NCBI GenBank assembly: GCA_020428795.1
Contig: JAGQME010000001.1
Coordinates: 24,178-88,177 of the forward strand
Origin: Candidatus Kaiserbacteria bacterium
Lineage (GTDB): Bacteria; Patescibacteriota; Minisyncoccia; Phycocordibacterales; UBA918
Length of the DNA stretch: 64,000 nucleotides
Direction of reading: 5' to 3'
The notes beneath the pieces are model-generated. The model did no database searches. It was not told the DNA's origin and was given only the letters and a program-made list of their open reading frames with translations. The position numbers and the translations under genes are program-made. Every line of letters begins with the position of its first letter. The stretch's first letter is position 1. Shown piece after piece: positions 9,052-17,630 of the stretch.

Positions 9052-9846
9052 ATGAAGATATACTCATGGAACGTTAACGGAATTAGAGCCGTTGAAAGAA
9101 AGGGAGCCTGGCAAGATTTTATTGGTAAACATAAACCTGATATTGTCTGTATTCAAGAAACTAAGGCCCAGTACGGCCAAATTGAGTTAGATTTACCAGA
9201 TTATGAAGAATTTTGGTGTTCGGCCGATAAAAAAGGCTATTCCGGAACGGCTATTTTTAGCAAAATAGCACCAGAAGAGGTCTTGTATGGACTGCCAGAA
9301 CACATTGTTGCTAAATATGCCTTAGCGGATAACTATGGAGATACCAGTAAAGAAGGTAGAGTTTTAAGCCTAGAATTCCCTAATTTTTATCTTAGTACCG
9401 TTTACACGCCAAACGCTAAAGACGATTTAAGTCGTATTCCGATCAGGCAACAGTGGGACCCAGCTTATTTGGAGTATATGTGTGAGCTTAATGAGCAAAA
9501 ACCAGTTATTTTTTGTGGTGACTTAAATGTGGCCCACACTGAATTAGACTTGGCCCGACCAAAAGAAAATCAGGGCAAAAAAGGTTTTACCACAGAAGAG
9601 CGGACTGGTATTGACCATATGATTCAGGCTGGGTTCGTTGATTCCCTGCGAGTATTTAACAAGGAGTCCGGTCAGTACACTTGGTGGTCACACTGGGGTG
9701 GAGCTAGAGAGCGAAATGTTGGTTGGCGTATAGACTATGTTTTTGTTTCTGAAGCACTGCGGTCTATACTGAAAAATGCTCGAATCCATCCAGACCAAAT
9801 GGGTAGCGATCACTGTCCAGTATCAATCGATATAGCCTTAGATTAA
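9052..9846 (+). CDS. xthA: Exodeoxyribonuclease III / AP endonuclease (EEP family)
   Basis: MKIYSWNVNGIRAVERKG...DIVCIQETK...NAKDDLSRIPIRQQWD...GDLNVAHTELD...SDHCPVSIDI: all ExoIII catalytic motifs present. ORF-track start at 8995 is an over-extension. Confidence 0.9.
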   Translation: MKIYSWNVNGIRAVERKGAWQDFIGKHKPDIVCIQETKAQYGQIELDLPDYEEFWCSADKKGYSGTAIFSKIAPEEVLYGLPEHIVAKYALADNYGDTSKEGRVLSLEFPNFYLSTVYTPNAKDDLSRIPIRQQWDPAYLEYMCELNEQKPVIFCGDLNVAHTELDLARPKENQGKKGFTTEERTGIDHMIQAGFVDSLRVFNKESGQYTWWSHWGGARERNVGWRIDYVFVSEALRSILKNARIHPDQMGSDHCPVSIDIALD

Positions 9847-10587
9847 GTGTAAAAATAATCACACGAATCATAATTATGTCAATTGCCTTTCAGGCACCAC
9901 TTATTATAGCTATAAATAACAACGTATATTAGCTACTATGATTTTAAAAATTTTATAAAGGACATAAAAATTTTGTTATACACAGTTATCCCCAAGAATG
10001 TCCTTTACACTTTTTTATAAAGGACATAATATATTGGTAGGCCCAGAGAGGGCGAGCAGAGGTATCCGGAGTTCTCAACGGAAGCAAATTGTTTCTAAGG
10101 AGAGCTTCGGATATTTCCCTTAAAGAGTACATCAACAATTAATGAGTTAATACCTCCAACTCTAAGTTCATAACATCCCACCTTAGTAAAGCGAGTTGCC
10201 AAATGAACTGCGATCGGATAACGAACCCGTGGAGAAATTGGTTCGAAGTCCGACTCAGTTCATTAAAAGCAACTAAAATTATATTCATGTAAATCTAATA
10301 CGAATATATAATAGCTTTGCAAAAAAGAGCCATAAAATTTTGGAAATCTCAACGAGATAACCAGCAGAAGCAAAGCTTCACATAGGCTCAAACGAAAAAG
10401 GCCTGAGGAACCGGCAGCAAATCACCTTTCACCACCTCTGATTAGCTCCCGATTCCTCAGGCCTTTATTTATAAGTGAGCAAATGAACATAGCGACTATT
10501 GCGAACTATGTCTGCTATTTGTATGAAATATGGCCTATTGGCTCATTATTTCAACCATTTTTTATTAAAAAACCAAAATCTACCACC

Positions 10588-10617
10588 AGAAATCCCCCTT
10601 AAATAGGGGGATTTCTG
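10588..10617. terminator. Intrinsic terminator hairpin downstream of cca (AAATCCCCC...GGGGGATTT family)
   Basis: CAGAAATCCCCC-TTAAATA-GGGGGATTTCTG immediately after the cca stop, followed by a T-rich tract on the minus strand. Confidence 0.6.
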
Positions 10618-10637
10618 CATCAAACGCTTAGATTTGA

Positions 10638-12110
10638 CTATAAAACCTTATGTTCCTTAGCAATTTTTTGGAGAGCAGCCGTTTCTTCTTCTAACTGTTT
10701 TTTCTTGCCAGCTTCAGCTAGGTTTTTAAGCTCTGTTTCGTTCAGTAAATACAAGGCTTTAGCTCGGTTTTCCAGATATTCTTCAGTGTTTTTGCTAGGG
10801 TCTATCAACACCTCTTCCAACAGGGTGTGTAGGACATATCCAAGCTTTTTACCCGGTTTTTCCCCAGTAATATCCATAATTTTATCCCCATTTATCTTTA
10901 GCATCTTAACGGATATGGGGTCACGTAGCGCTTCGTCAACCATAGCTTTATATTTACGGAATCGAAACGGTTGCTCGTTGGGCCGACCGGTACCAATACG
11001 GTCACATACTCTTAGGTTCAGTAAGTCTTCAATATGTTCCTTACCGATTCTAACTATGGTACGGCGAACGGCAGCTAAGGTTATTTCGTCAGGATCTGAA
11101 AAAAACATATGCCACCGTACTAAATTCTCCACATTTTCACTCAATTCACTCGGTAGACGTAATCTAGACAGTATTTTCTTAGTCATTCTGGCTCCCACCA
11201 CTTCATGGCCATAAAATGTGTAATGCTTGTTTTTTCCTCCGGTTCGTCTGGTGGCTGGTTTGCCAATGTCATGGAGTAGAGCGGCTAGCCGTAGCTCGGT
11301 AGAGAAATTTTTATCAGCAGCGGCTTGCATAGTTCTTAGTAAGTGTTCATATACATCATATTTATGGATACCACCCTGTTCGCAACCAATTGAATTTTTG
11401 ATTTCTGGTAAAATATAATCAAGTAGTTCTAATTTTTCAAGGAAAATCAGGCCTTGCATCGGAGAGGTGGAATTGATAATTCTGATGAATTCACTAGCTA
11501 CTCTTTCAACTGAAATATGTTGAATTCGTTGACTATTTCGGACGATGGCGGTCATCGTCTCTAACTCAATTACAAAGCCCAATTCACTGGCTAGACGTAC
11601 GGCTCGCATCATTCGGAGAGCGTCTTCACCAAATCTTTGGTCCGGCACCCCAACTGTCTTTAATGTCTTCTCTGAAATGTCCTTTATGCCGTTGAATTCA
11701 TCCACTAATGTTTCATCTGATAGCTTGTAGGCAATAGCGTTAACGGTGAAGTCCCGCCTAGCCAAATCTTCCACTAAACTCACACCAAACTCGACTTTAT
11801 CGGGTCGTCTTGAATCAGAATATCCAGTCTCAAGCCGGTATGGTGTTACCTCCACTACTTTAAGGGTTTCGTCGGTTGTTTCTTCATTTTTTACCCCTAC
11901 TGTACCGTAATCATTATTACAAAAGCTGTCAGGAAACAGTTCTAGTATCTGATTAGGGTGAGCATTGGTGGTGATATCCCAGTCCTTAGGAGTTTTTTTG
12001 ATAAGTAAATCTCTTACACAGCCACCGACTAAATAGGCTTCAAAACCAGCGTTTTCTAAGGTTTCAGCTATCTTTCTTACCTCTAAAGGTATGTCACTCT
12101 TTTTAATCAT
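10638..12110 (-). CDS. cca: CCA-adding tRNA nucleotidyltransferase with HD domain
   Basis: Pol-beta head GGCVRDLLIKKTPKDWDITT; RLDxx...; HD domain LHDIGKPATR; 490 aa with a coiled-coil C-terminal extension. Confidence 0.88.
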   Translation of the reverse strand: MIKKSDIPLEVRKIAETLENAGFEAYLVGGCVRDLLIKKTPKDWDITTNAHPNQILELFPDSFCNNDYGTVGVKNEETTDETLKVVEVTPYRLETGYSDSRRPDKVEFGVSLVEDLARRDFTVNAIAYKLSDETLVDEFNGIKDISEKTLKTVGVPDQRFGEDALRMMRAVRLASELGFVIELETMTAIVRNSQRIQHISVERVASEFIRIINSTSPMQGLIFLEKLELLDYILPEIKNSIGCEQGGIHKYDVYEHLLRTMQAAADKNFSTELRLAALLHDIGKPATRRTGGKNKHYTFYGHEVVGARMTKKILSRLRLPSELSENVENLVRWHMFFSDPDEITLAAVRRTIVRIGKEHIEDLLNLRVCDRIGTGRPNEQPFRFRKYKAMVDEALRDPISVKMLKINGDKIMDITGEKPGKKLGYVLHTLLEEVLIDPSKNTEEYLENRAKALYLLNETELKNLAEAGKKKQLEEETAALQKIAKEHKVL

Positions 12111-12174
12111 GGATACCTCAATTGTATCAGAAAATGTTGCTTTTTCTTACTATAACACGTATTATTTTAGCGTT

Positions 12175-12246
12175 GCGCCTGTAGTGAAATGGATATCACA
12201 ACTGACTTCGGATCAGTTATTCTGGGTTCGAGTCCTGGCAGGCGCA
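12175..12246 (+). tRNA. tRNA-Arg (anticodon TCG), CCA not encoded
   Basis: GCGCCTGTAGTGAAATGGATATCACAACTGACTTCGGATCAGTTATTCTGGGTTCGAGTCCTGGCAGGCGCA. Acceptor GCGCCTG/CAGGCGC; D-stem GTGA/TCAC; anticodon stem ACTGA/TCAGT with loop CTTCGGA; T-loop TTCGAGT. Confidence 0.8.
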
Positions 12247-12295
12247 CAATATTAAATCCCCCTTTTAAAAGGGGGATTTAATATTGTGCGCCTGC
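12238..12295. terminator. About 25-bp perfect palindrome that incorporates the 3' acceptor strand of tRNA-Arg
   Basis: GCAGGCGCACAATATTAAATCCCCC-TTTTAAAA-GGGGGATTTAATATTGTGCGCCTGC; the left arm begins inside the tRNA, and the core is the same AAATCCCCC/GGGGGATTT motif as the hairpin at 10588. Confidence 0.6.
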
Positions 12296-12383
12296 GAAAA
12301 AGTCTGGGAGGCTGTTTTGATAGGACTAGACAAGGTGTATCGAAACTGTACCGAGTGTTATTTAACAATGTATAATAATATTA

Positions 12384-12668
12384 ATGGAATTATCAGAAAG
12401 ATATATAAAAACCCTTGAAAAAGAAGGTTTTATTAATATTTACGAGTGGCAGGATGTATCAGGTACCGAATATCCTTTGCATAGTCACCAAGATAAGGTC
12501 ACTATATTTTTAACAGACGGTTCGGTAACTTTTGATTTTTCAGGGGTTAAGAAAGAACTAGTGGCCCCGATCCGGTTTGATGTCCCACCAAATACCCCAC
12601 ACTCGGCTGTAGTCGGTCCCCAAGGGGCAATTTTTATTGTTGGTGAAATGATAGAGGGTGACTCTTAA
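12384..12668 (+). CDS. Small cupin-fold protein
   Basis: 94 aa; YPLHSHQDKVTIFLTDGSVTF ... PPNTPHSAVVGPQGAIFIVGE matches the cupin two-His motif pattern. Confidence 0.5.
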   Translation: MELSERYIKTLEKEGFINIYEWQDVSGTEYPLHSHQDKVTIFLTDGSVTFDFSGVKKELVAPIRFDVPPNTPHSAVVGPQGAIFIVGEMIEGDS

Positions 12669-12703
12669 GGATTGTTTCTTAATTTAGAGATCGTTTTATT
12701 TTT

Positions 12704-14515
12704 TTAGGACACCAAATTTTTTGACCAAGCTTTTACAATATTTTGTATGTTGGCGATCCAGTCGTCAGAATTATTAACTTCACCAATACTATCAACAATT
12801 TTATCTATTAAGATCTTTAGGTTATTGTGGTTAAACTGCTTGTTCTCTTCTCGCAGTTGTTTGAGTGTTTTTAATAATTCAATAAATTGCTTGATGGTGA
12901 GAGGGGCGATTTTTTGCTTTTGGCCTTTATAACCAACGGTATTCGCAATATAAAAAGTCTCAGCACTGTCAGTGTGAATTGTAGGGGCTAAGAAGACACA
13001 ACGGGCATTATCGTGCTTGTTTTCAAAATCACGTAAGTGTCGCATGACGGGTTGTCCCTCATTAAACCATTGGTCACGGCCGTTTAACATTGTGACCTCA
13101 CAGATCATATTAAAGCTATTGTAGAAACATTCAATGTCAGCCAAGCCACCTGGTGCGGTTGAAGTTGGTTGATTGTCGTCACCGACTGGGTAATTTGGTT
13201 TGATTTCTTTTGCGTCGTTTAGGGCGTACAGTCCCATTGTTGTTAGGTATTCAAGCATTAAGGCTCGATTTTCTAGTTCAAATATTTTTTCTAGTTGCTC
13301 GATGTAATCAGTAATTGATGAAATTGGTTGTGATTTGAGACGATTATTTTTTTCTTGTAAATCTTTACGTATCAAGCGTAAATTACTGATATGTAACGCT
13401 AGATCATCTTCAGTCATGGCGGATATAGCCGGCTGTTCATCAACTGTTAAACCAAGTTCGCTTTGCAATTCGATTACATTTTGATAGAGAGTATTGGCAA
13501 TTTCCGACAATTTATCTTTAGTATGCCAAGGTAAAATAGGTTGATTATCATCAGATAGATAGGTTAAATAAGCTTTTTTATCTACAAATTGTTTGGGTTT
13601 ATAGAATTCACTTTCAAATAAAGCTTCAATCTCAGTGTGTCGATTAGGTTCTAGGTCAATGTAGAAGCCATTACCTCGAATACGAACAAAACTGGTTAGA
13701 CGAAAGTATCTAATCGCATTATCACCGTAATCTTGCAGGTTTGTAATGAGTTTATTAATTTTTGCTTGATTACCAGTTCCTAAGAAATTAGTAATGAATT
13801 GTTTACGATATTTATCACGTATTTTTTTGCGTTCGGATTTCGTCTTGCCATTTTGTAGGTTGCGTAATTCGATTATTTTTCTTGCGTAGGACTCAATATC
13901 AGTATATTTAACCAAAGATGGTACAAAGAGTGAAAATTCCCCCTTGCTAATCCCCTTCGCCTTCTGTCCTTGTTCCATCTCCAATCTATTGACGGTGCTG
14001 ATTAGCTTTAAAGTAGCCACAAAAGGCACAGTCCCGTAATTACCATCGTTAGTAAATTCATTACTAGCTGGATTAGGTATTTGCCATTTAATAAATGATT
14101 TTAAGAACACTTCACCGGTGTTTTGGTCATCTTTGATCAGTTTTTTACCCAGCTCGGTTATCTTTAAAATTCCGTTATCAATAATCACAAAGCCAAACTT
14201 AGTGAGCGGGTTTAACGATTGGCGACCCCGCATCGAAAAGTCGGTGTAATTTTTTAATCTGAGAATCCTATCAATCGTTTCGTCATTAATTTCTAAGTCG
14301 GTGTCATTTATATTATTGATGATGTCCGGAGTTAATCCATTATAAAATTGCGTGTTGCCAAAGCCATAAAGTCTGTTTTTTATCAAAAGTTTCTGATAAT
14401 TGGCTTGATTAGCCTTATCCCAAGGCTTATTTTCAAGTAATTTAGTCACCACCAAAAAATCACGGAGACGTTCTGGGTTTCTGACCGTTGTTGTGATAGA
14501 CCAAGCTTTTAGCAT
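12704..14515 (-). CDS. Type IIS restriction (or nicking) endonuclease, AlwI / N.BstNBI / PleI / MlyI family
   Basis: 603 aa. Segments NPLTKFGFVIIDNGILKITELGKKLIKDDQNTGEVFLKSFIKWQIPNP, AIRYFRLTSFVRIRGNGFYIDL and MLNGRDQWFNEGQPVMRHL...CVFLAPTI match the conserved blocks of the RE_AlwI family as I recall them for N.BstNBI. Adjacent to a two-domain methyltransferase. Confidence 0.72.
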   Translation of the reverse strand: MLKAWSITTTVRNPERLRDFLVVTKLLENKPWDKANQANYQKLLIKNRLYGFGNTQFYNGLTPDIINNINDTDLEINDETIDRILRLKNYTDFSMRGRQSLNPLTKFGFVIIDNGILKITELGKKLIKDDQNTGEVFLKSFIKWQIPNPASNEFTNDGNYGTVPFVATLKLISTVNRLEMEQGQKAKGISKGEFSLFVPSLVKYTDIESYARKIIELRNLQNGKTKSERKKIRDKYRKQFITNFLGTGNQAKINKLITNLQDYGDNAIRYFRLTSFVRIRGNGFYIDLEPNRHTEIEALFESEFYKPKQFVDKKAYLTYLSDDNQPILPWHTKDKLSEIANTLYQNVIELQSELGLTVDEQPAISAMTEDDLALHISNLRLIRKDLQEKNNRLKSQPISSITDYIEQLEKIFELENRALMLEYLTTMGLYALNDAKEIKPNYPVGDDNQPTSTAPGGLADIECFYNSFNMICEVTMLNGRDQWFNEGQPVMRHLRDFENKHDNARCVFLAPTIHTDSAETFYIANTVGYKGQKQKIAPLTIKQFIELLKTLKQLREENKQFNHNNLKILIDKIVDSIGEVNNSDDWIANIQNIVKAWSKNLVS

Positions 14516-14536
14516 GGTCTGATTATGGCATAAAAG

Positions 14537-16525
14537 CTAATAATTAGTAATAAGTACCTCTACGGTCTTGTTATTTTTAGCGCTGGAGTGATAGTTGGAA
14601 TTTTTGTAATGATAATCCAATTTATGGACTTGGTAATTATGTTCTTTGGCCCATTTCTTTATTATTTTGTTAACATCGCCTTTATGTTCTAAGACGTTTG
14701 ATAGAGCAAATCTTACCTTTTTCTCGTCCAGTCTAGTCAAAAGTGAATAAAGATCCTTCTCATCCTTTTCAGTCCAGCCCCCCATTTCATTATAGCTAGC
14801 TAGACCCAATAGATAAGGTGGATCTAGGTATACAAAATCATCTTTATCCAACTTAATAGTTTCAATATCACGAAAATCTCCATTTTTAAAGGTTATTGTC
14901 TTTTCATTTGATATTTGGTTAAAAGCCGCTACGTTTTTTCTAGAACTGCCATTGTAGTCTCGTTTACCGACTGGCAGATTAAAATCACCGCTCGAATTAA
15001 ATCTTATTTGGTTATTAAAGGCGTATAAAACCAGCACTAACAGTAAATCAATCTGAGTTTTGTCTTGATTAAACTCATTACGGAGTTTTAGAAAAGCTTT
15101 TTTATTGTATTTTCCTAAACCTACTGAGCTATCAGCTTTATAGTGGTCGTAACCTTTGATATAGCTCTGACTTAAGTTAAAACGCTGAATGATATTAATT
15201 ATTTTCTGGTTCAGATCTTCAAAATTGTTGTTTTGAATCAATTTTAACAAGTTAACAACGTTATGATTTTTTTCGACACAGACTATATTTTGGGCTGTGG
15301 CATTAATACCAACGTTTGCACCACCGGAAAACACATCATAAAAAGTCTTAATGTCATCGGGAAAGAATTTTGTGATTTGCGGTAGAAGTTTGTGTTTACC
15401 ACCGGTGTAATTTAACGGCGATTTAACAAAACCACTTTGGACAGGGTTGTTTCTTGAAGCCATTATTTTCCGGCTTGAATTTGAAGAGACATTTACTTTG
15501 CACAAAAATATACGTTCCTTCAGATCATCTTTATTGGATTTACCGGTGGTAAATTGTCTAAAGTTAGTTTCAAAAACCTTTGTCTCTCCTCGTCTTTTTA
15601 AGGCTGATAGTATTTCATGGTCACTAATTCTCGACTGTGATCTCACATTTCCAGCTGTACCCATATCGTTATAAGAAACAAGAATGTATTTAGCTTTGAT
15701 GTTATCTATCAAATCACCAAAAGCAACCCCGGCCGATTTCATGTTGTATTTACTTTTGATGTGCGAACGGTCCATTTTTTTAGCAACTCCAAAAACCGCC
15801 CCTTTTTTCCAGGTAGCAATATTTTCTAGTAAATGATAAGCATCGGAATACTGTCTCGAATTATACGGTGGATCAATATAAACAATGTCGGCTTCTATTT
15901 TTTTTACCAATTCATTAGCGTCTTCTTTGTATATTTCAGTTAGACGAGTAGATTTTTTTAGTTCTAGAGGCAATAGAAAAAGCTTCTTTTCGGGAATGTC
16001 TATTTTTCTATAGGCGTCATAATGACCAACAGTGTTAGCGATTTTATCTAAGGCGTAAATTAACGATGTTATTAGATAGGCTTTCTCTCGGTAAGTGATT
16101 ACCTTTTTTTTAAATAATCCTTCAATATCGTCCCTAATAAAGCCTATTTTCTTAGCGTTTTCAGCGTCAAAATAAGTGTTAGAGAAGTTTTTAGAGAAGT
16201 AATTTTCTGGGTATTTTTGGGCTATTATATTGTTATAATACTTTAGTTTTTCTCTTAATTTTTTTTCTTGTATTTTGTCTTTACCAAAAAAAGCGGTGTA
16301 TACATAAGAATTTGAGTCCAAAATATCGTTTACGATAATTTTAGATTGATCATAAAAGTGATTGGCCACGGTACCGGTACCGGCAAAAATATCAGCAAAT
16401 GAATCAAATTTTATGTTTTCATCTCTTATTATTTTGTCTATAAAAGATAGAAGTTTGGTTTTAGAACCAAGATAGCGTCTCTGGGCCAGGTTAACCTTTT
16501 TATTTCCAAAATAGGCATCTTGCAT
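14537..16525 (-). CDS. Fused two-domain N6-adenine DNA methyltransferase (two Dam/D12-class modules), type IIS modification enzyme
   Basis: 662 aa with two copies of motif I + motif IV: FADIFAGTGTV ... VYIDPPYNSRQY and FYDVFSGGANVG ... VYLDPPYLLGLASY. Tandem MTase modules are typical for asymmetric type IIS sites. Confidence 0.85.
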   Translation of the reverse strand: MQDAYFGNKKVNLAQRRYLGSKTKLLSFIDKIIRDENIKFDSFADIFAGTGTVANHFYDQSKIIVNDILDSNSYVYTAFFGKDKIQEKKLREKLKYYNNIIAQKYPENYFSKNFSNTYFDAENAKKIGFIRDDIEGLFKKKVITYREKAYLITSLIYALDKIANTVGHYDAYRKIDIPEKKLFLLPLELKKSTRLTEIYKEDANELVKKIEADIVYIDPPYNSRQYSDAYHLLENIATWKKGAVFGVAKKMDRSHIKSKYNMKSAGVAFGDLIDNIKAKYILVSYNDMGTAGNVRSQSRISDHEILSALKRRGETKVFETNFRQFTTGKSNKDDLKERIFLCKVNVSSNSSRKIMASRNNPVQSGFVKSPLNYTGGKHKLLPQITKFFPDDIKTFYDVFSGGANVGINATAQNIVCVEKNHNVVNLLKLIQNNNFEDLNQKIINIIQRFNLSQSYIKGYDHYKADSSVGLGKYNKKAFLKLRNEFNQDKTQIDLLLVLVLYAFNNQIRFNSSGDFNLPVGKRDYNGSSRKNVAAFNQISNEKTITFKNGDFRDIETIKLDKDDFVYLDPPYLLGLASYNEMGGWTEKDEKDLYSLLTRLDEKKVRFALSNVLEHKGDVNKIIKKWAKEHNYQVHKLDYHYKNSNYHSSAKNNKTVEVLITNY

Positions 16526-16696
16526 AGCTACAGTGTAGCATTGATTGATTTTAGCTTGGTCTAAGCTTGTGGAAAATTTTTAGTTGCCTAAGCTAAAATC
16601 AGTTCCCTGTCTTAGATAGTTTCTTATTTTATCATTAATATATTTGTTTATAACACTAAAATGAACAGCTGTAATACTATATAATATATACATTAT

Positions 16697-17359
16697 ATGG
16701 TTCGAGATGAAAAAAAGCTAGAAATGGCAACGTATTATCGCAAGCGGGGTTTTTCTTATTCTGAGATAGCTAAAATAGTGGGAGTTTCAAAAGGTACAGT
16801 GAGTGCTTGGCTTAGTAAAAAATCCTTTTCAAAGAAGATAAAAACAGAAAATATCGCCCGTTCAGCTAAAGATAGCGCTACTCGACTGAGGTTGATTAAT
16901 TCAGCTCGCTATAAAGAACGTAGTAAGTTGTATGCACAAACCATAAAAGATGCTAAAACCCAATTTAAGCTCTACAAAAAAGACCCGCTATTTATCGCTG
17001 GCCTAATGCTCTACCGTAGCGTTGGGGCCAGTAAAGATGAAAGATTGATTAGGGTCACTAACTCAGAGTTAGATATTCATCGGATATTTATTAAGTTTAG
17101 TAAGACTTATTTAGGAGTAGAAAAAGACCAGATCAAGTTTTGGCTCCTGCTCTACCCTGATTTAGTTGAGAAAAGCTGTGTTAATTATTGGTCTAAAGGC
17201 TTAAAACTAAAATCTGCTCAGTGGTATAAAAATCAGGTTGTTTCTGGGCGAAGTAAAAAACAAACATTGCTTTATGGAGTTGGAAATACTATAATCGGAG
17301 GCACTGTTTTAAGGTTGAGGTTGATCACTTGGGTGGAGTTAGCTTTAAAAGAGTTGTAG
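16697..17359 (+). CDS. Hypothetical protein with N-terminal helix-turn-helix
   Basis: 220 aa; FSYSEIAKIVGVSKGTVSAWL is an HTH (sigma region-4/resolvase-type); the remainder is basic with no recognisable domain; lies between the R-M genes and tRNA-Gly. Confidence 0.4.
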   Translation: MVRDEKKLEMATYYRKRGFSYSEIAKIVGVSKGTVSAWLSKKSFSKKIKTENIARSAKDSATRLRLINSARYKERSKLYAQTIKDAKTQFKLYKKDPLFIAGLMLYRSVGASKDERLIRVTNSELDIHRIFIKFSKTYLGVEKDQIKFWLLLYPDLVEKSCVNYWSKGLKLKSAQWYKNQVVSGRSKKQTLLYGVGNTIIGGTVLRLRLITWVELALKEL

Positions 17360-17377
17360 GTACAATTAAATATAAAT

Positions 17378-17448
17378 GCGGCCATGGTTAAGTGGTATAA
17401 TGAGTCCTTGCCAAGGATTAGTCGGGAGTTCGATTCTCCCTGGCCGCA
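17378..17448 (+). tRNA. tRNA-Gly (anticodon GCC), CCA not encoded
   Basis: GCGGCCATGGTTAAGTGGTATAATGAGTCCTTGCCAAGGATTAGTCGGGAGTTCGATTCTCCCTGGCCGCA. Acceptor GCGGCCA/TGGCCGC; anticodon stem AGTCC/GGATT with loop TTGCCAA; T-arm GGGAG-TTCGATT-CTCCC. Confidence 0.88.
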
Positions 17449-17451
17449 CAA

Positions 17452-17480
17452 AGAAAAAAGACCTCCAAGGGTCTTTTTTT
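17452..17480 (+). terminator. Intrinsic terminator directly after tRNA-Gly
   Basis: AAAAAAGACCTCCAAGGGTCTTTTTTT. Confidence 0.55.
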
Positions 17481-17600
17481 GACTGTGGCCAGGGGCGTAG
17501 CTTTGTGCATACAAAGCGTTGCGCAGAATCGAAAAGCTTTTGTGATACTTTTGAGCTTTACAGCGAAAAAGTATCCAAAAGGTGTACAGAATCTGTAAGA

Positions 17601-17621
17601 TTCGATTCTCCCTGGCCGCAC
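17601..17621 (+). repeat. 21-nt perfect direct repeat of the 3' end of tRNA-Gly(GCC), T-loop through discriminator
   Basis: TTCGATTCTCCCTGGCCGCAC is identical to the tRNA 3' end. Upstream segments TGTGGCCAGGGG (17485-17496) and GAATCGAA (17526-17533) are complementary to it. Confidence 0.85.
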
Positions 17622-17630
17622 CCAATCAAT

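Noticed and set aside
9850-10640. tmRNA or SRP RNA in the long gap upstream of cca
   Set aside because: No acceptor-stem/T-arm/CCA 3' end pairing with a GGGG 5' end, no tag-peptide reading frame, and no GGAA-tetraloop AGCAGC SRP motif. Partial word matches only.
12704-14515. Inferring the recognition sequence (GAGTC vs GGATC) of the type IIS enzyme from site depletion in the window
   Set aside because: Both GAGTC and GGATC occur repeatedly, even inside tRNA genes. A 64-kb sample is too small for a depletion test, and the methyltransferase would protect host sites anyway.
17449-17627. Integrated prophage or genomic island at tRNA-Gly(GCC), given intact tRNA plus a downstream direct repeat of its 3' end
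   Set aside because: The DNA between the tRNA and the repeat is only about 160 bp and encodes nothing. An island is excluded. It is reported instead as a recurring miniature module or scar.
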